From contig CAWJTV010000012.1 in assembly GCA_963845755.1 (NCBI GenBank), positions 96,001-160,000 of the forward strand: a stretch of DNA of 64,000 nucleotides. Direction: 5' to 3'. Every line of letters starts with the position of its first letter. Within the stretch, counting starts at the first letter, position 1. Positions 43,279 to 57,058 of this stretch are shown here, one piece after another. The position numbers and the translations under genes are program-made. The stretch comes from an uncultured Planctomycetota bacterium. Its GTDB lineage: Bacteria > Planctomycetota > Planctomycetia > Isosphaerales > Isosphaeraceae. The notes under the pieces were generated by a model. It saw nothing but the letters and a program-made list of their open reading frames with translations. It had not been told where the DNA came from and did no database searches.

Positions 43279-43470
43279 CTGGTTCCTTGTACGCCTCATC
43301 GTCTACTTGGGGCGCGGCCGCCAGATGGCAAGTCTGAGTTCTAAATGAGGCTTTACACCGGGGATTCGACGTAAGTCCCGAAACGAAGCCTCGGATTTCG
43401 TTGAGCCGCGACGGTCGAACGCTGCCAGGTTTCGCGGATACGAGCCTGGCCCGACCGTGCGGACCGACGG

Positions 43471-46400
43471 TCATCGGCGAGGCCCTGGTTCTTCGACGGT
43501 TCGCGCGACGGAAGGATCCCAGAGCTTGATCGTGGTGTCGCGACTGGCAGTGAAGAGGATTCGGCCGTCGGCCGAGAAGGCGACCCAGTCAATCGCATCG
43601 TGATGACCGCGGAAGGTGGCTCGCAGCTTTCCGGAGGGCGTGTCCCAGAGGCGGAGCACCTCGTCCGCTCCGCCCGCGGCAAGGGTCTTGCCGTCGGGGG
43701 AGAAGGCCAGGTAGAGGGCCGGCCCGGACAGCGATTTCAGCGTGACGAGGGGCGACCTTGCCATGACGTCCCAGAGCATGACAGTCGCGGCCTCGGTCGC
43801 CGCGGCCAGAGTCTCGACCATCGGGGGTGAATGCCAGTCGCGTGACCCGACCATCGGGCACGGGCAGGACCGCGAGCCGTCGACCGGTGGCGAGGTCCCA
43901 GAGCCGGACCTCGCCCGAGCCGGACGTCGTGATGGCACCGCTCCCGACCTTGCTGCCACCGGTGGCAAGGGTCTTGCCGTCGGTGCTGAGCACCACCATG
44001 TTCATCCCGCCGGGATGCTGGAAATTGGCCCTCGCCTTGCCGGTCTGCACGTCCCAGAGCGTCACCAGGCCCGCCGCGTTGGCCCCGACCAGGGTCTTGT
44101 CATCGGCCGAGAACTGGACGAGATCCACGCCCCCCTGTCGCCCCGACGGAACGACCGTGGCCTTGAACGTGCGGGTGTCCCAAAGCTTCACGACCCCGGC
44201 GCGACTGGTGGTCGCCAGGGTCTTGCCGTCGTGGCTGAATTCGAGCGCGACGACCTCGCCGTTGTGCCCGGAGAGCATCGCACGCTCGTGGCCATCGTCG
44301 AGGCTCCAGACCTTCGCCTCGACGGTCGGCGGGGCGTCGGGTTGGCGCTGGGGAGCGGGCTTGCTCTGCGCGGTGGGCTTGGCCACGGGAGCCGGCCGGG
44401 CCTGCGCAGCGGGCTTGGCCGCGGGAGCCGGCTGGGGGCGGGCACCAGCTTCGAGGCCTTGAGCTTTGGGTGCTCAGGGCCTTCACCTTTAGCCGCCGGG
44501 CCAGCCGGGCGGGCGGGAGCGGCGGGCGGCTTGACGGCGGCCCGATTGGCGCGGATGCCGGCCGCCAGCAAGCGGCCGTCCGGTGAGATTCCCATGCAAC
44601 GGACGCGCGACGTCCTCACTGCCGAGCGTCAATCGCACGCGGCCAGTTCCGATGTCCCAGACCTTGATCGTTCCGTCCGCGCCGCGCGTGGCCAGTGTCT
44701 TGCCGTTGTCGAGGACCGCCAGGCTCCGCACGATATCGGCGTGACCCCGAAGGGTGGCTCGCTCCTGGCCCCGGGACGAAGCCGCCGTGCGGACCAAGGA
44801 CCGGCCTGCCGGCGACACGTCCCAGGCCTCGATCCGCCGTTCGCCGGCCGTGTACAGCGTCTTGCCGTCGGGGTCGAACGCCAGGCAAGAGACGCCTTCG
44901 CCCGCCGACGCGCCGGGCAAGGTGAGTGTCGCGGCGAGGCGGCCCGGGGCCACGTCCCAGAGCGATACGGTCGGGTCGCCATCGCATGACGAGGCGAGCC
45001 GCTTGCTGTCCGGCGCGAATGCGAGAGCCGTGATCGGCACGATGGGCCCGCGGAGCGTCGCGCGCTCGGTCCATGTGGCGACGTCCCAGAGCCGGACGGT
45101 GCGATCCGCCCCGCTGCTGGCCAGGATCTTGCCGTCGGGGGAGAAGACGACGGACAGGGTCGCCCGGGTGTGACCTTTCAAGTTGGTGAAGGGCACGCCG
45201 GCAGCCACGTCCCAGACGGTCACGATGCCGTCGGCGCCCGCGGTGGCAATCGTCGAACCGTCGGGGGAGACGGAAATCGATCGGGCCACGCTCCTCGATT
45301 TCGATTTGAAGGGCCGGAGCGGTTGCTTCGCGTCCAGTCCAAACAAGATAGGCGGCCCGCCGGCCATCGCCAGCGACCGGCCGTCGGGGGTGAAGGCAAT
45401 GACCCGGGCGCCGGACGGGTTGACCGGCAGTTGGCCCATCTCGTGCAGGGTGGCGGTATCCCAGAGCTTGAGCAAATTCGAACCCGAGCCGACGGGGAGC
45501 ATGGCCAGGATCTTGCCGTTGGGAGAGAGGGCAAGCTGAACGTCCTGGGCTGCGAGCAGGATGGGATCGCCCCGCTCCCGGCCCAGTTTCGGGTCCCAGA
45601 GCTGAACGTCGCCATTGGTCGTCGCTGATGCGAGCACCTTGCCATCGCGCGAGAGCACCAGGGATCGGACTTTCGCCTCCACGCCCGCGAACGGCCGAGG
45701 CGCGAGCTGGGCGGCCACATCCCAAAGCTTGAGCTGGCCGTCGCCCCCGCCGGTGGCGAGCGTCTGACCATCGCCGGCGATGGCCATCGCCGCGAGCGGT
45801 GTCGGGTGCGCCTCGGTGTGGAGGGCCTGAGCGTGGCCGTCGGCCGCATCCCATCGGCGGAGCGAGCCGTCGGCACCGCCGGTGAACAGCGACTGGCCGT
45901 CGGGCAGGTATGCAACCGCACCGACCGATCCCGAGCGAGACCGCAGCGACGCCCGACCCGACGCCTTGGCGAGGTCCCAGAGCCGCGTCGTGCCATCGCG
46001 GCTCGTCGAAGCGAGGGTCTTGCCGTCGGGTGCGAACGCCAACGCGTCGATCGCGTCACGATGCCCGTCGAGAGAACGGCGAAGCGAGCCTCTAGGCAGG
46101 TCCCACACCTTCACTGTCCAATCGACCGATCCTGTGGCGAGCGTCCGGCCATCGGCGGCGAACGCCACGCAGGTGATCCCGCTGGTGTGCCGGGCCAGGG
46201 TCGTTCGCTCGGCCGCCTTGGCGACGTCCCAGATGATCGCGGCGGCATCCCGACTCCCCGATGCGAGGCTCTTGCCGTCGGGCGCGAACGACAGGCAGGT
46301 GATCGCACCCTCGTGACCCTTCAGCACGGCCCGCTCACGGCCCGCGGCCAGGTCCCAGAGAGTGACGACTCGACCGTCACCGCCGAAGGCCATGGTGACG

Positions 46401-47715
46401 CCGTCTGGGCTGATGGCCAGGGCGCGGACGGTTCCGGAGGGATCGCGGAGCCGACGTCGGATCTCGTGCGTCGTGATGTCCCAGAACGTCACGATGGGAC
46501 TCTCGGTCGCGGTCGCCACCGTCTTGCCATCGGGCGAGAACGCCAGGGCCAACACCGGCTCGGGGTGCATCATGATCCGGTCTTGCACGGGACCGGGCGG
46601 GCGGAGGCCCAGCCAGACGGCCCGCGTCGTCCCGGACGACGACGTCCCAGAGTCGGATCGAACGATCGGCACCGCACGATGGCGAGGGTCTTGCCGTCGG
46701 GCGCGAACGCCAGCGCCCGGACCGCGCCCAGGTGGCCCTTCCGATGAGCCCCGATGACCTGTCGATTCGCCATGTTCACGAACGCGATCGAACCGGGAGA
46801 CGGCACGGTCGCCCGCGGGTCGGACAGGGCCACGGCCATGATTCCGCCGTCGGGCGCGAACGCGATCGCGAGCACGTCGTTTCCGACCGGCAGCGACTGC
46901 GGCATGGGTTGTTGCGGTTGCGGAGCTTGAGGCCTTTCTGAGGTTCCCGAGGCGGTTTCGGTTTGTGCTCGCCGACCGGCCAGAACCGCAACGTCTTGTC
47001 CGCGCCTCCCGAGACGACGATCTTGCCATCGGGGGCGAAGGCCACGCACCAAGCCGGTTCATTCTGCTTGCCCAGGAGCGTCAACGGCCGATCGACGACC
47101 ACGTCCCAGAGCCACACCGTCCCGTCGAGGCTCGCCGAGGCGAGGGCCTTGCCGTCGGGCGCGAACGCCAGGCCCTGGACGCTCGCCTCGTGCCCCTCGA
47201 GCGTGCGCAAGGCGCCGGTTCGGCGACATCCCAGAGCCGGATCGTGGTGTCCGGGCTGCCGGATGCAACGGTCTTGCCATCAGGCGCGAACGCCAGGGCG
47301 GTCACGGCACCCGAGTGACCCGAGAGCGTGCCCAGCCCCGCGCCGTCGACGGTCTTCCAGAGTCGAACCGTCCGATCCTCGCCCGCGGTGGCGATCGTTG
47401 TCCCGTCGGACGAGATTGCGACGCGGAGAACCTTGCCCTCATGCCCGCGCAGGTCGGCCCGCACGGTCCGGGTTGCGACGTCCCAGATCTTGGCCAGCCC
47501 GTCGGAGCCAGCCGTTGATCAGCGTCTTGCCGTCGGGTGTGAAGACCGAGCCCGAGGACGTCGCCGACGTGCCCCTTGGGATTGACCGGGTCGAGAGGCA
47601 GCTCATCGGCCCTCATCGGTCCGGCGAGGACCGGCAGGATCAGCAGCGCCGATGCCAGTCGCCAAAGCGTCTTTGAGGCGCAACGCATTCGTCTTGACGA
47701 GCTGTCAAGTCGCAT
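43471..47715 (-). CDS. Very large secreted WD40-repeat protein, broken by many indels
   Basis: More than 20 'GH...V..LAFAPDGKTLAS.S.D..V.LWD' units continuing across at least seven overlapping minus-strand ORFs; signal peptide. Confidence 0.8.
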
Positions 47716-47899
47716 CCTTCGAGCCTCCCTCGGTCAATCGATTGGTCGTTGTCTGCTCAGCGAGCACGGTTTCACGGTCTTGGCGAGATGAAGAGCGACG
47801 TTTGTAGCGGAAACACGAGGCGCGATGCGAGCACCCGGCTGTGTCTTGCAACGGCAGCCCGGTGCTCGCGGAGCGACTCGACTTCGGCTTCACGATCAC

Positions 47900-49502
47900 T
47901 CAGTCGCCATTGCGGGCAAGCCGGACAGAGGACGGGGCGACCAGTGACTTGAGGAACGCCTCGACTTGCTGCCGCTCGCGAGGAGTGAGGGTGAAGAACC
48001 GATGCGCCGCGGCTGCGCCCTGGCCCCCATGCATCGCGACGGCCTCTTCCAGAGTCTGGGCGCGTCCGTCGTGGAGATAGGGGCCCGAGTCGCGGAAGCC
48101 CCACAGCGGCGGGGTCTTCCACTCCAGGCGGGTGGCGCCCCGGAGCTGGGGCGACCTCGCGGGAGCGACCTGCGGATTTCCGGCCAGGTTGGGGACGATC
48201 CGAGGAACCAGCGGCTCATCGTCGTCGGAGGTGTCCTCGCCATACGACCCCTCGTCGCCCATCTCCTGACCCATATCGTGGAGGAGCAGGTCGCTGTATA
48301 TCCCCTGGACATTGCCCAGCGAGGGCGTATGGCAATTCGCACAGCCGACGGCTGCGAAGGTCGTCCGGCCGGCATCGAGGTGCTTGGAATCCGCGCCCGC
48401 CGACGTCCGGCGCTCGACCGGCTGGGGCAGGCTCCGCACGTAGGCGACCAGTGCCGAGCACTCCTCGGCTGTCAGGTCGAACCCGTCCGTACGATACTTC
48501 GGGGCTTGAGGAGTCATGGCCTGATGATGACCGGGAACCTCCAGACCAACCTCGACCGCACAGGCATTCAGGACGAAGTCTTCGACGTTGGCGGTCTGGC
48601 CTTTCCATCCCAGCCGTCCGATCCGACCGTCCTTGAGCCGGCTGACCCGCCCGCACGTCGCGGGCGACTCCTTGGCCTGACGTGTCTCCATGGCCAGGAT
48701 CGCCTCATCCGGGATGGCGTCGATCAGACCGAGTCCGAACAACGGCGTCGGATTGCGCTGCGACCGCCTGACGAGTAACCCGCCAGCCCCCATGATCGGC
48801 TGCCGGTTGGACGCGATGCTCGCGAACACCGCCGAGCGTACTTGATTGAGCCGCGCCGTCAGCGCGATCGGTGGCCGGGTCACCCCCAGGTCGAACCGAA
48901 TTCTCGCGAGGATTGAACGTCAAGCCTGTCCTCTCCGCACGAAGAACCGCGGTGGAATCCGTGGGAACGGAGGGTAAGGGGATGAGGATCGCATCGCCTT
49001 GAGATCCGGGCGTCGCGGACCGACTCAGGGCCTGGCTGCGCCATGCATCGTAGTTCGGGTCGATGCCGAACTTGTGCAGGACGACTGTCCGGCTGGTCCG
49101 GAACCCGGCGTGGAAATCGGTCAATCGGTTGGCCGATGTCGGCGAAGGCGGAGCACTGCCCGAACGGGTTTGGGTCTGAGGATTCCCGAGGTTACGCGAT
49201 GCGTTGAGGATATCGATGTTCTTGCTCACTGGCCCCGCACCGCCGCTGCCTCCCGAGTTGTGGCAGGCGACACATGATGAATCGTTGTACACCGGCCCGA
49301 GCCCGTCGCCGCCGTGGCTACGCGGGTCGTTCGCGATCCACTCCCGGTTGAAGATCTCGTAGCCGACCGCGACCGCGTCCGGTTTCTCCGACTTCGAATC
49401 GGCTCGGGCCAGGCCGCCACCGATCGATTGAACTGCCACGACGCACAAACCCATCCACACAAACAAACCGCCGAGTCTCATCGCCGAACGTGTTACCCGC
49501 AT
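47900..49502 (-). CDS. Di-heme oxidoreductase family (DHOR/DUF1111-like) protein; frameshift near 48895
   Basis: 'GDGLGPVYNDSSCVACH', 'PLFGLGLIDAI', 'GRLGWKG', 'CANCH', 'YSDLLLHDMG' and 'WKTPPLWG...YLHDGRA' motifs. Confidence 0.85.
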
Positions 49503-49832
49503 CGCGAGTCCCTCCGTCGAGTGTCGAACAGATCGTCGGCCGTCACCGAGCACGGACTGTCATCCTACATCTGTCTGCACCAAATCTCAACGAGTCTTAT
49601 CAGATCTCCTGACGGACAGGGATTTCGGGGGCCCTCGTTTGCTCGACAGGCGGAATGCCGAAGCGGTCGCTCGGCTCTGCCACCCAGCCCCAGGGGATTG
49701 CTCTGGCCGTTTCATTACTAATGCGCGAAAGAAAACCGTCGCTTATGAAACGGAACATCCAGTCAGGCGAGACGGTGTCTCGTCTCTGTCCGATGCCATC
49801 AAGATGGTGAGCCGTGACACGACTGGAGACCG

Positions 49833-50804
49833 ATGATGACCTCGCGGAAGCTTGCCGCTCCTGCCACCTTGGCCCTCTTCCTCGTGACGGTCGCAATCTA
49901 CCTGGTGCAGGTCCTGGCCGGTGTCGATATCCTCGAGCGGGCGATCGGCCTCATACCCGCCCGCGTCTCCAATCTCGCCACGCTCACGGCCATCGGGAGC
50001 GGACAACTGGTCCACGCATGGCTGACCCTCGTCACCTACATCTTCCCGCACGGGGCCTGGTGGCACGTCACGATGAACATGGCCGGCCTGTGGTTCTTCG
50101 GCCGGCTCGCCGAGCCCATCATGGGCACCAAGCGTTTCTTGTTCACCTACGTCGCCTCAGGTGTAGTCACCGGGCTCGTCATCGTTCTCCTCGGCCCCCA
50201 CTGGACGACGCCGGCGGCCGGGGCCTCCGGGGCGATTAGCGGGATACTCGGTGCCTTCTTGGCCCTTCGCCTGCCCCGCTGGCCCATGCGGAGGGACCGC
50301 CGCAACCTCGCGGTCCTGGCCATCGAGTCGACGTGTCTACTTGGCATTGTGGCGTGGCTGCTCGTTCGGACGCCGCCCCAAGTGCCGGACCGCATGTCGG
50401 CCTTGATGTGGCACCTCATTCCGTTTCTGGCAGGCTGGCTGTGGGTACGTGCCAGGGGGCAAGTTGTTGCGGGGACCGACGCCCACTGCCCTTATGGTTG
50501 CATAGACCCTCATTATCCCCGGCGACGACGGGGCCGGCTGACAAAGAGCGATGCAGAATCCCGGCCAATTGCCGATGCAGTTGACAACGACCGGTTTTGG
50601 CCTTGGGAGAGCGGCTCAGTCGAACCTCCCCACCGTGAGAAAGTGGATGACGGGCAGGCCGCCCCCTACCTTCGCCGATTCGATCAAGATCCCGGCCGAG
50701 CGACCGTCAGAGAGCTCCAGCTCATAGATCTCTCCCACCTCGGGGACGGCTTGGCCCTCCGGGACGAGGAAATCCCCTTGCCAGTCCCTCGCCCTCCCGG
50801 ATGA
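49833..50804 (+). CDS. Rhomboid family intramembrane serine protease; true end probably near 50470
   Basis: 'FPHGAWWHVTMNM', catalytic 'GASGAISG' and 'WHL'; the long tail overlaps an opposite-strand gene. Confidence 0.8.
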   Translation: MMTSRKLAAPATLALFLVTVAIYLVQVLAGVDILERAIGLIPARVSNLATLTAIGSGQLVHAWLTLVTYIFPHGAWWHVTMNMAGLWFFGRLAEPIMGTKRFLFTYVASGVVTGLVIVLLGPHWTTPAAGASGAISGILGAFLALRLPRWPMRRDRRNLAVLAIESTCLLGIVAWLLVRTPPQVPDRMSALMWHLIPFLAGWLWVRARGQVVAGTDAHCPYGCIDPHYPRRRRGRLTKSDAESRPIADAVDNDRFWPWESGSVEPPHREKVDDGQAAPYLRRFDQDPGRATVRELQLIDLSHLGDGLALRDEEIPLPVPRPPG

Positions 50805-50885
50805 CGGACTCTCCTCGATCGACAGGCGGATGTCGCGGAGGACGATGTTCCCTGCCTGGCTGATCGTCCCGGTCAGTCCTTCCAT
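50616..50885 (-). CDS. Small hypothetical beta-rich protein
   Basis: RBS GGAG, then MEGLTGTI; 'YELELSDGRSAGILI'. Confidence 0.55.
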   Translation of the reverse strand: MEGLTGTISQAGNIVLRDIRLSIEESPSSGRARDWQGDFLVPEGQAVPEVGEIYELELSDGRSAGILIESAKVGGGLPVIHFLTVGRFD

Positions 50886-51265
50886 CGCCGAATCTCCAAG
50901 GCTTGAGGACGGATATCCCGCCGGCGGTATGGCGAGCATCCCGCGGCCGGCGGGGTACTTATCGACGAGTCTGCAGAGGAGGATACCCGCTCATCCGGGG
51001 CCGGGCGATCCGCGGCGGTTTCGGATCGCCGCGATCGGCGGTAGACTGGGGTGGTTCGCCCCCGGTCAACTCGGGGACACGGGCCCCGATCCCGGAAGGG
51101 GACGATGGGGCGGCCCGGCCCTCCGGGGCGCCTACGACTGGCCGTCGGGGCAGGAATGAACCCGCCCCGGGACGTCGGATGCCCTCGATCGCCCCCGGAG
51201 CCTGTCCGATGACCGCGATCCTGCGAGACGTGCCCGAGGGCCGTATCGATCTCGAGAGGCGCGCC

Positions 51266-53314
<2,049 letters not shown>

Positions 53315-53476
53315 CGCCCTCTATGCGAGTCAAGCTGCGGGGCAGGGGATAGGGCTCAAGAGATTGCCAGCAGTAGCAAGTGTTATCATCTTCAAAAGAA
53401 CGCGCGTCGTGTCTCTCGCGGAATGACTTTGGTGCTAGCGAGTCATCGCTGTCGGGCGTAGGTCAGAGGCGGCACT

Positions 53477-55089
53477 TCATCGAGGAGGCCAGGCGCGCTC
53501 CGCCTGCGGCGGATCCCACCAAAGGTCTAGGCCCAGATCAGCGGCCAGCACCGCGGCGGCGTTGTATCCGCACAAGCCCGTGATGTTGCCCCCCGGATGG
53601 GTCGACCCGCCGCACAAGTACAGGCCGCCTACGGGGGTCCGATATTGACCGGCCCCGGGAAATGGCCGGTGGTAGCCGACCTGGCCGTCGGACAACGACC
53701 CGACGAGGAGATCCCCGCGGCACATGTTTGGCAGGCCGCGCTCCGTATCCAGCGGCGAGCGGGTGAACGCATCGAGAATCGTCTCCTCGTCCGCCAGGTT
53801 CGGGGCGAAGCGCCCCCAAAGGGCGAGCATCGCCCGGCCATGCACCTCCTGAACCGCATCCCAATTGCGGGCATCCCCCTGCAAGTCGTAGGGGGCCTTC
53901 TGCCACATGAACGCGGTGTGCCGGCCTGGAGGGGCCTGGCTGGGGTCGAAGAGGGTCGGACATGCGCCCCACATGATCGCAGGAGGGAACTCGCCCCGCC
54001 CGTGCGCCGCCACCATCTCGTGGAATTGGTCCATCCGCTCCAAGCCGAGGATGACCATGAATGCCCGGTTCAGTTCCGGCCGTCGCTCCGCGGCTGTATA
54101 CCGCGGCGGCTCCCGCAGCGCCAGATTCAGGGCGAACAACGGGGCGATCCGGTTGTATCGGAAACCGGAAGCGGCCTCGCGCGTCGGCCGTGGGGCTGTG
54201 TCCGCGTCCAGTAGATCCAGGAACGTCTGCTGAGGGTTGAGCCCGGACGCGACGAAGGCCCTGGCGGCGATCCGTTCGCCACCGGCCAGCTCCACGCCAG
54301 TCGCCCGGCCATCACGGGTCAGGATGGCCTCCGGCTCGACTCCGGTGCGGATCTCCCCCCCGTGCTCCCGGATATCCTCGACCAGCGCCTCGGCGAGCCG
54401 GGCCGAGCCGCCCAGGCACATCTGGGCCTTGTGGCGACCGGCCAAGAGTGCCGCGATCGAGTGGCCGAAGCCGGGCGCGCGTAGGTCAATCTCCCTCATG
54501 CCGTTGAAGAACAAGAGTCCGGCGCGGACCACGTCGTGCTCGAATTCCTCTCGGACAAACTCCAGCGGCGTGCGCGCCGAGACCTCCAAGAACCGCCGTC
54601 CCAGGGCCGAGCGCCGAGTAGCTCTCTTCGCCGCTGGGGCGGCAAAGGCGGCGATTGCACCTCGGGCAGGATGATCTGCTCGACGATCGGCTGGAACTCC
54701 GCGACCCAGCGCCGTAAGGCGGCCGCGTCCCGTGGGGAGAACTCCGCAAACGAGTCCACAGTTCTGTCGAACTCGGTCCACCACTGAAGAGACCGCCCGT
54801 CGGGCAGGATCAGGGCGACGTTGAGCTCGGGCTCGAGATACACGGCCCCGTGGCGGCGTAGCTCCAGGTCGCGGTACCAGGGCATCATGGTGACGGCCCG
54901 GTGGAAGAAGGAATGGATATTGTGCCGGAACCCGGGAAGGCGGGGGTTCTCCACCGTGGCCAGCCCTCCGCCGGGTACCGAAGCACGGTCCAGGCTCAGG
55001 ACGCGCAGGCCGCAGCGCGCGAGGTAGGCCTGTAGCACAAGGGCGTTATGGCCGGTGCCGAGAATGATGCCGTCGTAGTCCGAGCTCAT
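53477..55089 (-). CDS. Phytoene desaturase-like NAD(P)/FAD-dependent oxidoreductase; frameshift near 54615
   Basis: 'YDGIILGTGHNAL' Rossmann variant; 'YRTPVGGLYLCGGSTHPGGNITGLCGYNAA'. Confidence 0.88.
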
Positions 55090-55350
55090 GGTCGCCGCTC
55101 CTGGGTGTCGGTCGGAGTCGAGCCGGAATGACCGGTCAGGGTTGGCTGGCCGCCGCGAGCGATCAGCACAAGCGCAGTCCGGTCAGCATATCAGCCCGGT
55201 CAGTATAACAGGGCGCCAATCGGCCCATCGTCGGCGTCAACCATCTCTCCGGGCGTCCGCTGTTCCATGCTCCCAAGGCGCGAAAAGGCGGCTCGAGTGG
55301 GTCGCATCGAGCAACGCAAAATGGCATCGATCGGCTTCGGTGTCGTCGGA

Positions 55351-55578
55351 CGAATGGCACTAGCTTAAGCGTAAACCCTTGCTACGAAATGGCATGCGTT
55401 CGTGGCGGGCGGGTCTTTTGCGGAGAATATGCAAGTATAATCATTTTACCGGTGGCCAGCTAGCCGGGAAACATAGGGGTTTTAGGTGGCGTCCTGGGAA
55501 TCAGGCCCAAGGAGCCGGGAAGCCCGATATTCGCAAGTCTAATCGCCATTGGGAGTTGCGCTAAGCTAGTGCCATTCG
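55351..55578. mobile_element. 228-bp non-autonomous MITE with IS4-like ends
   Basis: Perfect 17-bp IR CGAATGGCACTAGCTTA / TAAGCTAGTGCCATTCG; 10-bp duplication TGTCGTCGGA (55341-50 and 55579-88); no transposase. Confidence 0.9.
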
Positions 55579-55755
55579 TGTCGTCGGACCGAAGCGCCAG
55601 CCAATTGGGCGGGCCTGCTCGAGTCGCTGCAATCTCCTTGACAGCCGCTCCCGCCGCACAAGACAATGCGGTTCGTCTGGCTGGCGAAGTCCTCGCAGGC
55701 GAAGCCGCGACGTCTCTCGCCCCCCCCCGAAAAACTGCACCAGACTGAGGCTGCG

Positions 55756-56586
55756 ATGCTTGGCATTTGCTTGACGATCGGGCTGGTCATCGCCGGAGAG
55801 GCCCAAACGCCAGAAAAGGACGTCAAGACTCGCCCTTGGGCCGTGATCGCCAAGCGGCACGCGATGGCCTCGAAAGTGTACGCGACGGCCGATCCCGCTC
55901 ATCCATTCGTTCCGCTCAAGGAACCGGTGTTGCATCGGACCCAGGAAGTCCAAGGGAGCTCGAAGGGCTCGGTCTTCGTCTGGCTTGAGCCCTCGGGTCA
56001 ACCGGCGGTGATTTGTGACGTCTGGACGGAAGCCGGCCACCTATGGAACGAGTGGCATTCGCTGTCCGCGTCTCCACTGCGGGCCGAATCGTCCAATGGG
56101 GTGTTGTTCAACGCCACCGGCCCGGGGCTGGAATGGAAGCCGATCCCGAATGCCCCGGCGCCCGCCGACACGCCGCCGGGGCGCGACCGGCAAGCCCGCC
56201 GGCTTGCCGAACGGTTCAGCGCCGACGAGGTCAACCGCAAGAAACAGCGCTTTCGCTTGCGGCTGCTGACGACGCCGTTGCATCGTTACGACACGATCGA
56301 CTCGCTGGTCTCACGCGGCGGGGCGATGTTCGCGTTTTGCCAGCAGACCGACCCGGAACTCCTCTTGCTCATCGAGGCCCGCAAGTCGGGTGCGGGGTAT
56401 CGATGGGAGTATGCCGTCGCGGGGTTCTCGGACATGGATCTCTACCTGCACCTCGACAGGAGTGAGGTGTCGCGCGACGTTCCCGCCTTCTCGAGCGGTC
56501 GCGGCGTTCACAGCGGCGGTCTGGTTCGGGGCGTCGATACCGCCGCGGAACTCGAAGCGGCGAAACGCGAGAAACGCGAAGAGTGA
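55756..56586 (+). CDS. Secreted hypothetical protein of Planctomycete type
   Basis: Signal peptide; 'GSVFVW...EWHSLS', 'LRLLTTPLHRY' and 'DPELLLLIEA' segments. Confidence 0.7.
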   Translation: MLGICLTIGLVIAGEAQTPEKDVKTRPWAVIAKRHAMASKVYATADPAHPFVPLKEPVLHRTQEVQGSSKGSVFVWLEPSGQPAVICDVWTEAGHLWNEWHSLSASPLRAESSNGVLFNATGPGLEWKPIPNAPAPADTPPGRDRQARRLAERFSADEVNRKKQRFRLRLLTTPLHRYDTIDSLVSRGGAMFAFCQQTDPELLLLIEARKSGAGYRWEYAVAGFSDMDLYLHLDRSEVSRDVPAFSSGRGVHSGGLVRGVDTAAELEAAKREKREE

Positions 56587-56699
56587 GCGCGGAAAACGGC
56601 GCCACCGTGGATCGACGAGAAAGCATCGGCCCGCAGGCAGAACTCAGGCCAACCCGGAGCTTAGCCCTCGCGGCGAGCGAGTCGTCGATGGGCCAATTG

Positions 56700-57019
56700 A
56701 TTGCGACCGCCAGGCGGCCAGACAAACAACGCTCGGCATCGAGGAGCCGGAAGAAGCGCCAACGGCCTCCAAGGCCAAGCTCCCCTGGCCGAAAACGCTC
56801 CCCGAGCCGGCCCAGGCCATACGGACGGCGCTGGCGACCCGCCGCGACCCCGTCACGCCGGAGGAGCTCGCCAAGCAATTTCACCGCGCCAGGCTCGACC
56901 TGATCGAGGAACTGCTCGATACGCTCGTGTCACTGGGGCAAGCCCGCACCCTGCCCGACGGCCGCTTCATCGCGGGCATCATCGGGCCGAAGCGAAAGTC
57001 CCCGGCGAAATCGGTGTAG
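56700..57019 (+). pseudogene. Orphan C-terminal fragment resembling the tail of MmeI/YeeA-like DNA methyltransferases
   Basis: 'KLPWPKTLPEPAQAIR..L...PVTPEELAKQF.RA....IEELLDTLVSLGQAR....GRF' recalled as that family's tail; no methylase domain upstream. Confidence 0.55.
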
Positions 57020-57058
57020 ACATCAGAACAGGCGATCGTACTGCCGCGAGGCGAATTC

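Larger units (their letters stand above)
32845..43359 (-). repeat. Array of degenerate direct repeats separating co-oriented genes. Long copies: 38487-38559, 38652-38707, 39855-39929, 40419-40492, 40909-40973, 41739-41812, 42402-42475. Core-only copies: 32845-32866, 43338-43359
   Basis: Manual alignment gives + strand consensus GGATCACCCGTTxxxxGTCCCGCCATCGTCCCGCGCCCxxCTGxCCGGGTCAACTATRAATCAGRCTTTRCRCT. Confidence 0.85.

Noticed and set aside
43471..47715. Many short ORFs as separate genes or a diversity-generating system
   Set aside because: They are successive WD40 blades of one gene split by indels; no reverse transcriptase or TR/VR pair is visible.
50470..50804. Long C-terminal extension of the rhomboid as a fused domain
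   Set aside because: It overlaps a plausible opposite-strand gene and lacks domain-like composition; likely a lost stop or an indel.
55132..55207. Three CCGGTCAG direct repeats upstream of the desaturase-like gene
   Set aside because: Short, GC-rich and unevenly spaced; cannot be distinguished from chance without orthologs.
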